A stretch of 50,346 nucleotides of DNA, filler included, from Sphacelaria rigidula (lineage: Eukaryota): the NCBI GenBank assembly GCA_964200075.2. It is 2 parts of 2 records of this genome, joined end to end, with 100 filler letters (N's around TTAATTAATTAA, not from the genome) between each part and the next. Parts side by side here need not be neighbours in the genome. Positions count along the whole stretch, not along the records: positions 1 to 25,148 come from CAXNAA020000179.1; 1 more part is not named here. One strand, 5' to 3'. Position 1 is the first letter of the stretch. Every line of letters starts with the position of its first letter. Both the position numbers and the translations under genes were made by a program. Positions 12,310 through 24,250 of this stretch are shown one piece after another. The notes beneath the pieces were generated by a model, which ran no database searches, had not been told where the DNA came from, and saw nothing but the letters and a program-made list of their open reading frames with translations.

Positions 12310-12650
12310 AACAGTCCATCACCGAAATTGAGTATGGAGCTTTTCATCGACGATGATGATCCGGGAAATCAAAATACTCATATCCGTCCAACATTCTTCG
12401 AAATGCGACAGTCGTATCTGTCCCCTAAATCCCCCATAATTATTTTTTCGCCTACAGATACGAGCCCCAAAACTTCGGTTGTCGGAATCCAAATATCTAT
12501 GAAGAGCTGTAGCTGTCAATAGCTACCAGTAGATGAAGAAGGACCAGAGCCTTATTTCGGAGAATATGTCGTGGATACGACGATTCGCCTCATCCGGGTT
12601 ACCACCCTCAACGAAAAGCTCCATTCTGGTCAGTTTTGTTGATCGGCTCT
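12310..12650. mobile_element. Older, diverged relative of the 11663-12100 fold-back element
   Basis: 12464-12540 (GCCCCAAAACTTCGGTTGTCGGAATCCAAAT...GTCAATAGCTACCAGTAGATGAAGAA) aligns with 11922-11999. Residual inverted ends ATGGAGCTTTTC / GAAAAGCTCCAT remain. Confidence 0.7.
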
Positions 12651-13772
12651 TAACCCTCGAGACCGCGAGGGTAGTCCATCTGGATCATGCATGCTTTTTT
12701 CAAGTGACATTGATGCCGATTCAATAGATGGCCTACTCTCGCTGTCCAACGCTTGATTCGAGCGAACTTCACCAGCAGTCGGTCAAGTCGCAGTGGTATG
12801 GGAAAATAAGTCGCCGAAAAACGCAGGTTCGATGTTTAGTTTGGCGATGCAACGCTGATTTCCTCCGGAGTACTGTATAGCAACCGAACGGGACTTTGCG
12901 GATTGTACCACCTCGGAAAGTCTTGCTGCACTTTTCCGAGAGAGTTTCAGGGATTTTTCCGATCTTTTTCGGGCGCCCACTTTGACGTTTGGCACGATAA
13001 ACGGTTTGTCAAACAGCCCACAATAACCTTCGAGGTATCTCCCAGAAATGATCATACATACCGACCACCTCTTAGTGAAATGATGATGTTTGGGGTCGCT
13101 TAAGGGCTCGTTCGTCCGGCTAAACGTTAAACTTGGCGAGCAAACGATCGCAGAAAAAATCGAGCTCGAATCTTCCCAGAGAGTACAGCATCAAGTCTCA
13201 CCAAGGTGGAACAATCCGGCGAGTCTCGCATTCCGGCAAAGACCGGTACCAGACGACCTCTTCGCAGGTTTGTTTTTTCGTAGCACAGGTGGCGCTACCA
13301 CTTGAGACCCTGGCACTTGAAAACTCGAGCCCAAAATAATCAATTTGCATGCACTTGGCCATCAGAACAGGTGCTCAGTTTCAAGGCGCCAATGAGAACA
13401 AGCACCCGCAAATGAGGTCTACAACTGCGATTACAAATAAAAACATTATTCAAAAACGCGGCGGTTGCTACAGAGACGTCCGGAAATGATCTGTGGGTAG
13501 GGGAGAGAGAGCACGAACTCTCCACGTTACCCTTGTGGATCAAGAAGGTTGAGGGTTGCTCCGTGGTACGGTACTTCCTTTCGCTCTCGCGGCACATCGT
13601 TGATGGTCGACGTTTCAACCGTGCCGTTAAACTTGCACCTAAGAATGATCGCGGGAGCTGATATTGCGTTTGATACGGGAGGCCCTGTGGCTCCTGAGTT
13701 TTCAGGGTGCCGTGCAGTACGGGACACGCAGCCAATGTATGTCTACCTGTATCATCGGCATGATATTCGCCA

Positions 13773-13830
13773 AACGAATGAGTGCCAGACTCAAGTTTTC
13801 GTAACAAATGAGTGCCAGACTCAAGTATTC
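13773..13830. repeat. 30-bp tandem duplication
   Basis: AACGAATGAGTGCCAGACTCAAGTTTTCGT followed by AACAAATGAGTGCCAGACTCAAGTATTCGT. Confidence 0.9.
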
Positions 13831-15546
13831 GTCCGCAGGCGCGGAGGTCTCATCTCATCCTCGGCCAACAAAACTGCTTCATCACTGACCGAAAACGAAA
13901 AGCTTCCTGGCGAACCGGTGAGTACTGCACCCGACATTTCTTTCTTCTGGTGTCGAGCTTCTTTCATAGCGATCATCTCATTTCAGCTCTCGGGAGGATC
14001 GCTACTCCTCCGAGGTTTCGAAAAAGGCAAGGCTATGCCTCGAAACGTTTATCGTGGTATGTGGAACTCAAGCCTCCTGGACCCCACCCGCGTGAACGAC
14101 CGAAAGCGCATTCTGCTAGCTGGTCCTTGGTGCAGAAAGTGACGCAAGTAGCAATCGAACTCAACCATGCACGTTCAGAAGCCCCAAAAGAGTGAAATCA
14201 TTTCATGCGTTCTTCACCGGACGGAGTCAGTGCTGCGGCAGTGCAAAACAGTGATCAGTGCAGCGCAGGACAGCATCGCACGGCACCCCACAGTAGAGTA
14301 ATCATGCCCAGCTTCACTCAACCCCGTCACCGACAGGCGTGTCGTCCAGCTCGAAGTCAGGGCAGCAACGACGTGTCTTGGGGGTTGACGACCGAAGTCG
14401 CGTACACAAACGTACAGATAGCACAGTGCACAGTACAGAATAGTACGGTACGATACGGTACATCACGGCACACTACACCAGACTACACCACAGTACGTAT
14501 GCCGAGGGGTGTGCCAGCCGAAGTCACATGCACACCAGTTTGTGTGCAGTAGTTACGAGCAGCTTGCGACCCCGATTTTGCTGCTTTCAGCCGTGCCTGG
14601 AGGGTGGGTGAGTGGGAGAAGCAGCTCCTGCAACTGCTGCGTATTGCAGTCGTCGTGTACGCTCGATTCACATGATCCCTCAGCTGCGTGTTGCTATGGG
14701 TAAATGAGACGACCTACTTCTAGTCAGGAGTGGCCCGTTCGGCGGGGAGGTTTATAGTGTTTTTCTTAGCCAAGACCCAAATGATGAACGAACACATCGA
14801 GATTTGAAGTGTTTTCTGACCAGATTTTGACTCTGGAAGGACCCAGGTTGTCTGGATACTCCGTCTATATCTCGTAAGCCTCCCTCGGCAGAGTCACTTG
14901 GTTATTGTATCGGGGCAAGTTTCTCCCGGGGCACGCTTCACCTGCATGTACGACAGACAAACCCCTTGTGTTTTGGGTCGCTGGCCGCTTGATCGCTGAT
15001 TGACAAAGCACCACCCGAAAATAGAAAATAGACCATGCCAGCAACACATGTATGAAGTACGAACCCGGGGAGGGACCCACAACGATTCACAGCAGTCCCG
15101 CACGAATTTGTAAGTTGCAGCACCATCCCGTTCCACGGTAGCGCAAAATTATATTGTCATCACCGTGGAATACCATGCCACGATCCTCTGATATCGTGCC
15201 GCAATTGCCGTTGATACCTCGTACCATTCGCCACGTGCCATGAGCTGAATATGCAGTAGATACAGATGCCACGGGATGGGCACCAATAGGTGCTGGGATG
15301 TGGCTCAGCGATAAACATGGCGTCACGTCGACGGGCACGATGAGGGTCCGAGTGTTCTGCAACCAGTAGTGTCAAGCGTTCTGTTTTGCTGCGTGCTGTT
15401 GCTTTCATTATTGACAAGTGTCTATTTTTTCGTTCTTCATGTGACCACCTCAGGTTGTGAACGTCGTGGGCTGGGCAACCTTGATGTTCTCCGACTTATG
15501 TTTACTTTCCCTCTGGGCTCATCACGGGGTACATCACCGTAATTCG

Positions 15547-15877
15547 CACGGGACAGGACAGGACAGGACTGGACGGGACGGGACAGAAGTGGGGACGCGT
15601 TCCCTTCCCGTCCCGTCCTGCCGTCGTTTTGGCTGCGAGAAAACGGTCCCGTCCCAGTCTGGCGCGACGATGATTGTTTACGCCGTGGCTCGTCATCGCT
15701 TTGGTGACTGGGAAACGTTCTTACCCCGCCTCATTGGTGTTTCGATGAGGGAATCACACTCTTGTGCCGTCCCGTCCTCACGGGGAAATCCTCGACATTT
15801 TTTACGGGAATTTCCCGACAGATTGGATGGGCCTTCCTTGCAAATGGAGGGGATTTCCTGCCCAACCTGACGGGAAC
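15547..15877. repeat. (GGGAC/AGGAC)n - (GTCCC)n pentamer-rich interspersed repeat, MITE-like
   Basis: GGACAGGACAGGACAGGACTGGACGGGACGGGAC is followed by inverted CCCGTCCCGTCC tracts at ~15608, ~15647 and ~15768. Confidence 0.55.
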
Positions 15878-17979
15878 GTGCGTACAGTATAACGTTACAT
15901 ACGTGGGTCGCGGAAGCATTTCTTCTTGTTTTCAGAGTTCCGTCCGTTTAACAGCCTACTCTTGACGTACATTTCGTACAAAAAGATGGACGGCGACCGC
16001 TGTCGTAATCAGAGGCTTGCGGCACTCGTTCCGTTGTATTCCAAAACTGGAATTGCAAAGCAAATGACGACCGTTACAACGAGTAGCCTGCTGCACAAGA
16101 CAGCAGGGAGCGCAAGTGAATGCAAGTGGACGCACCGGCTGTCGCGGCAAAACGCGGAAGCAACGAAAACACGTGAGGGAATGCAACTTAACCGAAGTAA
16201 GAAATACGAAGCTGAGACTAAATAGACCAAAACAAATGCGGACATGAAAAAGTATACATAATGGTAGCACATTCGTGTCAAAGTAGACTGTGACCTTCAT
16301 TGAGATCCTCGATCGTCTTCCACTCTCCACAGTACAGCAGTTGGCGTGGATGACGGAGTGTACAGCCGATGCACCCGGCGCAGCGGTTGGAGCCCTCAGT
16401 GTTGAGAATAAGATGCCGTGTGTAGTTCGCCGATGTCGACGACATCCGACAGAGTTACAGCAACATTTTCAAAATCGGCCAATTGACGAATTCGGCACTC
16501 TCCTCTATAGATGAACACCATGGGCATTGTATGAAGCTCTATCACTTGGCCCGATACTTCCCCCGCCGCACACACCCACCACCTGAGTTGAGCATTGCGT
16601 GCAAAGCTGGGGTGCATGATGACCACCCTGGTCACCTACCCACGGTTTAACCCTGCAAATCCTAGTTCAAGAGTTCTGCGTGTTCAATTGTCCAATATTA
16701 AGGCGTGGAGTACTGGTTGATGAAAACTCTCAAGGCTGACTTCCCGTGTTAGAGTACAAGCGATGATACGAGCACGGGCGCAAACGGAGGATCAAACATG
16801 GTCGACATCATATCGCGACTTGTCCAAAAACGTGAGGAACACTTTGGCACAACTCGCGAGTATCGTCCGTCGAGAATGTATCGATATTGCATGAGATGTA
16901 CGGGTGAAACGGTTCGCTCTGCACGCGAGGTGTGTAAGAGTGCACGGCAGAACATCACTCTACTCGCGCAATAGTCCCTCAATGGCAAGGAAAACGAAAT
17001 GTAAAACGAGAAAAGACATGAAATCACATTGCAAGAGGAAGCGAGACCCGACGAATCGCGTCTCCTGCACACACAGTGCATTCGCAGTTCCATCCTCGTG
17101 TCCCCGATGCCTTGTGGGCGAGCAAATGAGGTGTACGTAGTGTCGAGGTATCATAGTTCGACGGCATGCTGACGTCTAGCTCGATCCTCGTCGGCCCGCC
17201 GTGTCTCGCGACATCGTACCGTCGTCTAGATCCTGGTCGTGACGTGGAATGCAAGAATCGAAGCAAAGAGACGCCACATCGTCGACTCGTGACGAGTGCG
17301 TCAAGTTGGTCACCTGTGGTTGTGATACACAGGCGAGGTGCATGGTACGGAAGCTTGTGGTCGAACAGAGCACCAGTAGTGTGCACAAGAACGGTACAGA
17401 GAGTACTGCCAGCCTAAGCGTCAATTGCGCTCTTCCCTTCGGCTTCAAGGAGCAGCTGAGTTCAAGAGTCGATGATTCGCCGGTGTGGCCTCTGTTGCCC
17501 TCGCCTTACATCACAACACCAATATGATGAACCTGCAGCCATCTGGCAACACCCTAAATGTTTCCATGATCGTGCCGCCTTTCTTTCGCTTCAGGAGTGG
17601 ATGCGGCGAGGGGCTTGCGGGTGGCGTTGGGCTCTTCGAACAGGCAGGCGAAACTGGAAAACTAATGCAACAGCAATTACGCGTGTAGGTGGTGAGATAA
17701 ACGGCGGGTAAATAGACTCGTAGACAGGAAACCTGGGGTATACTTGATCGTAGAGACATTCTTGACGGTGCGTACGTAGTAAGGTAGCCTCCCCAGAATG
17801 ATAGTGCGACGAAGCTCCCTCCGGTGGAAAGCCCAAGGTATACCCGGTGACCTGGGGATGATAACCAACGGAGACGGTTGCGTTTGTCTGTCTCGCTGGG
17901 GTGCGACCGGCGCTTGGGCGGCTTGACCTTTCAGGGGTACGGCAGACATTTTCGATGTACTTACCGGTTTTTGCGATAG

Positions 17980-18500
17980 CTAGCAATAGAGATAAAGTAC
18001 AGGTAGAGGTAGAGATAGAGGTAGAAGTAGCTATTGATATATGTAGAGATGGCTGTGGTTGAGCATGGAGATACGCGTGATGTAAACATAAGGCAATTGT
18101 CATGACGATGATAATATCGGTGGACACAAGCAGAGATGGAGATAGCGATGAAGCCCAGCGACAGGGATGAGTGTACCGGTAATGGTAGACGCAGCCGCAT
18201 ATTGAGAGGCGGCAGTGGTAGCAAATATCGACAAAGGTAGTTGGGTAGATAGGCAGAGCTCGAGAGATATGAATAGCGATGCAGCACTTGAAATGTTCGC
18301 GATGTAGATGGTTCTCGAGACAGCGGTAGAACCGGCTCGAGACATGGAGAAATGAGACGAAATTCAGACGAAGAAAAGAAATGGAGACATGGGTTTGCAC
18401 TTGAAATATGTGTTTCCGTGTCAAATATAAAGTAGAAGGCATGTCGGGAGATGTACGTATACTCCTGAAGAGGTGGGAGATAGAGCCATGACATAAAATG
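17980..18500. repeat. Degenerate purine-rich hexamer (GTAGAG/ATAGAG/GTAGAT) low-complexity tract
   Basis: aggtagaggtagagatagaggtagaagtag and similar 6-periodic sequence throughout. Confidence 0.7.
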
Positions 18501-18798
18501 TATCGTTGGGTACGTGAAAAGAGAAGCCCCCGGAGCGCGTGAAATTCGCGGCTAACTTTTATCGCATGGTGGCACCTCAAAGATTGCGAGAATAAACGAC
18601 TTTGCCATCTTGTAGTCCGGGGCAACATAGGATAGAGTAGGCATAGATGCTGAAGGCCAGTACAATTAGGGCGGGGGAATATGAGAGACGCCTCCTCGCG
18701 GCTTCCCCTGGGTGCTGAGACTCCAAACGAACTCAGTAGCTGAGATCTCTTCCACGAACAAGTCCACTCTCCAGAACGCCGGTAAGACTGTTCGTTTG

Positions 18799-19635
18799 GG
18801 GGATTTCACGACTAGATCAAGCAGTCCGCGCTGACCATTTGGTCTAATGGTGACAACTCCCAAACGAAAAATACCGTACAAAAAACGTATTTTTGACCTC
18901 GAACGCCCCCTTGACGCATTGCTCCGGGTTGCTCCTCCCCAACGCTGCAGCTGACAAGATCCAGTGCCTATAACGCCTTTCCACGGCAGTGGGAGAGACC
19001 TTCCCCCGACAATGGAAAAGAGTGGACTCACCGAGAACCGACGTCGGGTCCATTTTCACGGCAGAGAGGATTTTCCACTACCAGACCAAGTAATCAGCGC
19101 GGACTCCTTGGTCTCGCTGACTACTCGGTCTAGTGGTGGAAGATCCCCCTTCCGTAAAAATGAACCCGACTTCGATTCTTGGTGAGTCCACTCTTTCTTC
19201 ATTGTCGAGGAAAAATCTTTCCTACTGCCGTGGAAAGACGTTAGAGGCACTCGATCCTGTCAGCTGCAGCGTTGGCGAGGGGCAACTCGGAGGAATGCGT
19301 GAAGGGGATTTCGAGGTCAAAAGCCCTACTTTTGTTCGTTGAAGGGATTTCACCACTGGATCAAGTAGTCAGCGCTTTCTACTTGGTCTAGTGGTGAAAT
19401 TCCTCTGGCAAACAAAAGAAGTGCCGAGTTCGATTGTCGACCCGACCACTCTTTCCGGTAGCAGAAAATAGGCGAGGGCAAATCTGCCCCACAGTGGTCG
19501 AAAGACGTTAGGCACTGGATCTTGTCAGTAACAGCGTTGGCGAGGGGCAACCCGGACGAATGCGTCGAGGGGCTTTCGACCTCAAAGACAATCATTTTGT
19601 CGCTGACAATTTGGTCTAGTGGTCAAATCCCTCTA
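18799..19635. repeat. Array of three ~230-290 bp units (one inverted, two direct) punctuated by ~55-70 bp hairpins
   Basis: 18799-19099 is the reverse complement of 19115-19405. 19405-19635 is a further diverged direct copy of the right arm. The hairpin motif GGATTTCACCACTAGACCAAGTAG...ACTTGGTCTAGTGGTGAAAT occurs at ~18800, ~19068 and ~19345, with a half copy at ~19601. Confidence 0.85.
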
Positions 19636-20399
19636 ACGAACAATGAACGGCACACGGACTTGAAGGCCTATATTCCTGTATATCGGTGGTCGCTGACCCG
19701 TCATCAGATACACCGTAGAGAGTAGAGAGGAGCTATCGTCGATCTTAGAAACAAGACGCCGCTCGCCATCAGCCGCGGGTCGACGATCAAGGTACGTTCA
19801 AGGTGTCCCACAAGACTTCAGCCCTGGCGACGACGAGTACTAGCGTTTCAGATGCTGCCGGTCACAAGACACTCCCGACGGCTCCAGATTTACTTGAGCG
19901 TCTTGATACGGTCGGTGTGATGCCGTACCACCGAGTCAAACACATCCTGACAACCGTCGCTGTGAATTGTAGCCCACTTTTCGGTTTTACGAACGTGGCA
20001 TGAGGCATGACCCTAGCGAGAACTTCAGAACGTTGTGGCAGAGAGCATCGGTGACCTCGGATGATGTCAGGCAACTTTCAATTCGTCCCTGATCAGAATG
20101 CTTTGTTTCGCATTATGTTCAGCTACTGTTGAAAAGTCTCACCCGGAAGTGACCCCCTCGTCGACACCTGCGCGTGCATGCTGCCCTTATTGAAGATGGT
20201 AGGGTGACGTGTGAGCATGCGCGTTGTTGCCATCAGCTACACGTAGGGGTATCCGTAGCAGCAACGCAAGTGGTACCGCCCAATGATGAATCGGGAAGGG
20301 TTAGAGCTAGGGTCAGGCTTCATTGTGTGACGCGAGTGTGACAAAAAACACTGGCGCCGTTAGCCCTTGCTCGGGAAATGGGGTCTTCGGTGTTGAAAC

Positions 20400-21103
20400 A
20401 GCAATGCCTACCCAAACATGAGTCACACAGGCAATACAAAAGTCTGAGGAAGGCAAATTGTATTTCTACACTTTTGGTACCGACATGGACGGGACAAACC
20501 GCGAATAGCTGGGGCTCCAACCCCAGCTCGGTGTGGCCAAAAGGCCCTGAAAAAGGCCCTGAAGAAATGTTTTGCAGTGCACCAGCAGTGCCACTAGGTC
20601 GACGGGTGGCTTCAACACGTACTCCGCGGTTATGCTGATCACTCGAGTACCCCGTGGAACGTTCGTCATTTCACGGTACATAGCTGCATGTGATTCTTGT
20701 AAAAAATTCCGAGGAGGGAGGGAATGGGTGGAGTGGGGGGTGTACTCATGATTAGGCATGCCATAGTGGAGTGTGTGTGTGTATGGGAGGGGAGGGGGGG
20801 TCGTTCTCATGCGTTGACCACGTATACCTCTCTCCACGGAGCACCGTCCCTACTCCTGACGGAGACAGCTTCAACACACGCGGACACTCTTTACACATTC
20901 CCATGCTTTGAACAAGATATTGTTCTACATGTCTTCGAGGAGAGGAGGAGAGGGGGGGGGGGGGGATTTGTGATCTTGCATGCCACGGCCATACGCCCAG
21001 AAACCTTAAAACCCAAAAAAGCATAGGTGNNNNNNNNNNAGCTACACCACCAACAAAACCTTCTTCCATTTGCCCCGTATGTGAGATGTGGTTTTTTAGG
21101 GAT

Positions 21104-21138
<35 letters not shown>

Positions 21139-22350
21139 ATTTGTGATCTTGCATGCCACAGCCATACGCCCATAAACCTTACATCCCTACAAAGCCTAGG
21201 TGGAGCACACCGGGTTTCCGCCGGACCAAGCTCTCAATCAATCACCAAGCGGGAAACGCCGTGATGTGTTCAGCGAGTCGCATGAAGGGTGAGCTGCATC
21301 CTGTTGAGATTGTTCGGCCTATACCTTGCATTTGGAAGTCAGCCTTCAATGGATCGCTTCATTTTGTGGTATCGCCCCTTCCAGAGACAGCCACGCCTAA
21401 CACACTGTGTAATGCGTGAGAGGACCGCGTGCTTAGAGGACCGCGCCGTAGTTCAAAACACCTGAGGATCGATGTTTTTCAAAACGAAACGGGCCAGTCC
21501 CTGCAGGTACCACGCCCCTGACCATAACCCTAACACCGACCCTAACCCTAACCCTAACCCTAAACATGGGGATGTTCAATTTCCGATGCGGTCCTCTAAG
21601 CACGCGGTCCTCTCACGCATGACACACTGCCTCATGAGTGTCTCACCATAGGGGGGGATGGTGTTTTCCGTGTTCATGCGCCCTTGTTCCAAACCTTCAG
21701 TATCTCGACCAGTATGCCCCCCGCACGCTACCGAACGTTGTGCAAGTGAAAACATGGTATCTGTAAAATATTTCGGATAGGAAACTCTTCAGATGTGTGT
21801 AGAAGTTGCATCCCGACAATGATATCGGGGTTGAGAAATGCATAGCCTTCGAGAGAAGGGAGGCATGCTCCATCACAAACCGTTATGATGGGGTGCAGTT
21901 TGAAGAGACTACGACCTCGTACACGCAGTACGTGAAACCGCCTCAACCCGCGTATTACGGCGTAGTTGTTGGATGTAGCTTTTTTTAGAAGGTGCGTGTT
22001 TTGAAGAAATGGACCAAGCGCGGGTTTGCAAAGCTCTCCACGAGAGGAAGGCAGGGGAAGTTCGGCGGGGGGAAGCCCTCAAGGGCTGATGATCCACTCT
22101 AGCCATACGTCACCATATTTCTTGACATTCACCCCGTCATTCCTTGCAGTTCACGCCAGGTGAAAGACTCATCGCAAAGTGTGCTGTACCGTGCTTCGCC
22201 GTACGAAGCTCGAACGATACATCATTACCCGTGTCCCGGCAGGTTTGCATGTACGATGCACGGCGAACGGTGCCGCCAAATTGTTTGGCTAAACACGATG
22301 AAGGCAGGTTATTTTGCTCTCACTTGCTTCGATAGTAGACCGGAACGTCG
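20400..22350 (+). pseudogene. PrimPol-like archaeo-eukaryotic primase with UL52-type C-terminal zinc finger, degenerate and interrupted by a MITE
   Basis: Colinear motifs found by eye: FYTFGTDMDGTNRE*L (~20464-20511); HQQCH*V...LRGYAD/LEY (20580-20650, one stop and a 2-nt insertion; cf. PrimPol HCYEV..KLYFDLEF); SASRMK...FNGSLHFVV (SxH at 21354-21362); TWYL*NISDRKLFRCV (21752-21799; cf. VDLGVYTRNRNFRL); CPGRFACTMH...IVWLN...GYFALTCFDSRPE (22232-22345; cf. C..GRAH...YQKCHDPVC). Confidence 0.55.
21407..21625. mobile_element. 219-bp MITE with 38-bp TIRs, 3-bp TSD (ACT) and internal (CCCTAA)n
   Basis: The TIR GTGT(A/C)ATGCGTGAGAGGACCGCGTGCTTAGAGGACCGC is present at both ends with one mismatch. 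ACT occurs at 21404-21406 and 21626-21628. A CCCTAA tract lies at ~21516-21563. Confidence 0.92.
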
Positions 22351-23049
22351 ACATTTTATACAGACAGGCGTTTTCACATGAAGTCTACCACGCCCGCCCG
22401 AAACTCTCCTCCGCGACCACAAGCCGCTGGCAGAAGGGACTACGCAACGGTACACGTGAGAGGATCATGACTTCACCGAACGGTCAGAAGGAGAGTACTC
22501 GGAAAATAGCTTGCAGTACTTACTGTACTGCACAAGCCAGTCGCCTATTTCGCGCGGTATGCTCATAATTTGATCGATTCGAGGTACACTGCGGAGCACG
22601 TCGCCGGGCGGACAGGCATGTGTCATACCGCAAAAAAATGTTCCGACCGCGTGATCGATCCGTGGTGGGCACCGGTTATCCTCCAGTCTGTTGTGCCGGC
22701 GGGGTGCTGGTTGGTGTCCATGTCGTGGCCGGTTTAAATTCCAGAACTCGCACAGTAGTAGGCGATACTCTATATACTTTAGTGTCAGAAGCCTGTACGC
22801 CGTGCGAGGCTACACTGGGCAAAGATGTTCCAAACCCGAAATAGCCGGGAAACTGCCCTTTACGAGCTGGGCCAGCAGTAAATCCCGCATTCGCTTTCTA
22901 CACCACAACTTCTCAAGTTTGCCGAAGCAGCGCGACCTGAGTATATCGCTGTAAAGTGCAGACCAACCTGGTAACACACGGCACCGCCGCTGAATGAAAA
23001 AATAAATGAAAAAAACGTACTGCATAATATATGACCTTCACGACAGACG

Positions 23050-23125
23050 AAAAAAATACTGAGTGTCGGGATTCGAACTCATGACCTCCATAGTTGGAGT
23101 CTCCTGTATCACTTGAATGAACGGG
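23050..23125 (-). other. Degenerate tRNA-derived (SINE-like) head
   Basis: The minus strand reads ...GGAGGTCATGAGTTCGAATCCCGACACTCAGTATTTTTTT, a B-box followed by an oligo-T run. There is no complete cloverleaf. Confidence 0.45.
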
Positions 23126-23799
23126 CGCGGCCGTGTCACACGAAAAGTGCGACGCAAAGCCCAATTTGAGGTATTTTTGGCCGAAACTTTACCAGGATGT
23201 CGTTGCCGCGAGTGCCCGTATGCGTTGGAGGAGCGTTGTGGTCGTTTTAATCAATTTTTCCAATCAGTTATACACTAGCATTTTTCCTGTTCTTACGGAA
23301 GCTTCAACTAGCTCTAACTCCCTGTTGCTGTGGTTCCCCTCTGCGGCACTAATAGGGCTGTGCGGGTTGATGATAAAAATATCTTGTCAACATTTCAGCG
23401 CCTAACTCTTCGAATCACCAATGAAGGGCATCTCCACTCTTCGTTCAAAAATCACTGTCAGCTGGCCCAGCTCGTACTAATCAATCGGCGGTTGCTTCGA
23501 GAGAGCAAGTGGGCGCCAGGCATGTTGCTTTTCAAAATAATGAAGGTTCTCGGTCATCGCTGCTGAAAGCAAAAACAAGAATGGGCGTTGGGCGCGATGC
23601 TGTTAGCGCAGCTGCAGCGGTCTGGAAAAAAAAACAGGAGTAGCAGCAGCCGGGAGTCACCTTCATTGCCTGTTGCGCTTCTCCATCTTGCAGACTTCAC
23701 ATCCGCGATCCAGAGCGGGGAAATTGCGCCTGTGCCATCGGGTCCAACTACGCACCCTGGAATTTTTCAACTTTGCTTTCATGACAAGCTGGACACGCT

Positions 23800-24250
23800 T
23801 ATTATAATAGTAGCTATGATGGTCAGCAGACAGAGGGACACCTGTTGGTTCCATTTATACGAGTGTATACTACGTTTATTTGAACTACAATGTGGTTCGG
23901 AAAGGCCCGGAAAGGCCACGCTCTCATCGCGCTCGAAAAGTCACAGGATCGTTCCGCGAATATTCTTCAAGGAGGAGGTGAAGCGGGACATTGTACTGTA
24001 CTCGATCAGGGTCTCTCTCTCGTCGTCAACTCTCCGCTCGGATCTTATGCCAGGCGAGGCGGAAAGCACGATGTTTGAGGTGCTGCCTGCAGCACCGAAA
24101 CTGGTACAAGATTGTGGTGGTCGCCCTCAATGACATGTGCCAGTACTCTGAAAAGGGTATCGGTGACAAGGAGTGCAGACAGTACAGTACGTACGCCCGC
24201 GAAGTCCATGACGAGACCGATCCGAGGTGCTGTCTGTACACAGCTGTCGT
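23800..24250 (+). pseudogene. Degenerate coding relic, possibly a hAT-type transposase fragment
   Basis: The frameshifted AMM..GTPVGSI..LRLFELQCG..PGKATLSSRSKSHRIVPRIFFKEEVKRDI..VSL loosely resembles the hAT segment preceding the first catalytic Asp. This is a weak resemblance by eye only. Confidence 0.25.

Noticed and set aside
17591-18628. 345-aa minus-strand ORF
   Set aside because: It is open because of a hexamer low-complexity tract, and the composition is not protein-like.
20951-21203. Poly-G tracts and duplicated ~70-bp segment around the 10-N gap (21030-21039)
   Set aside because: It adjoins an assembly gap and long homopolymers, so structure and copy number are unreliable.
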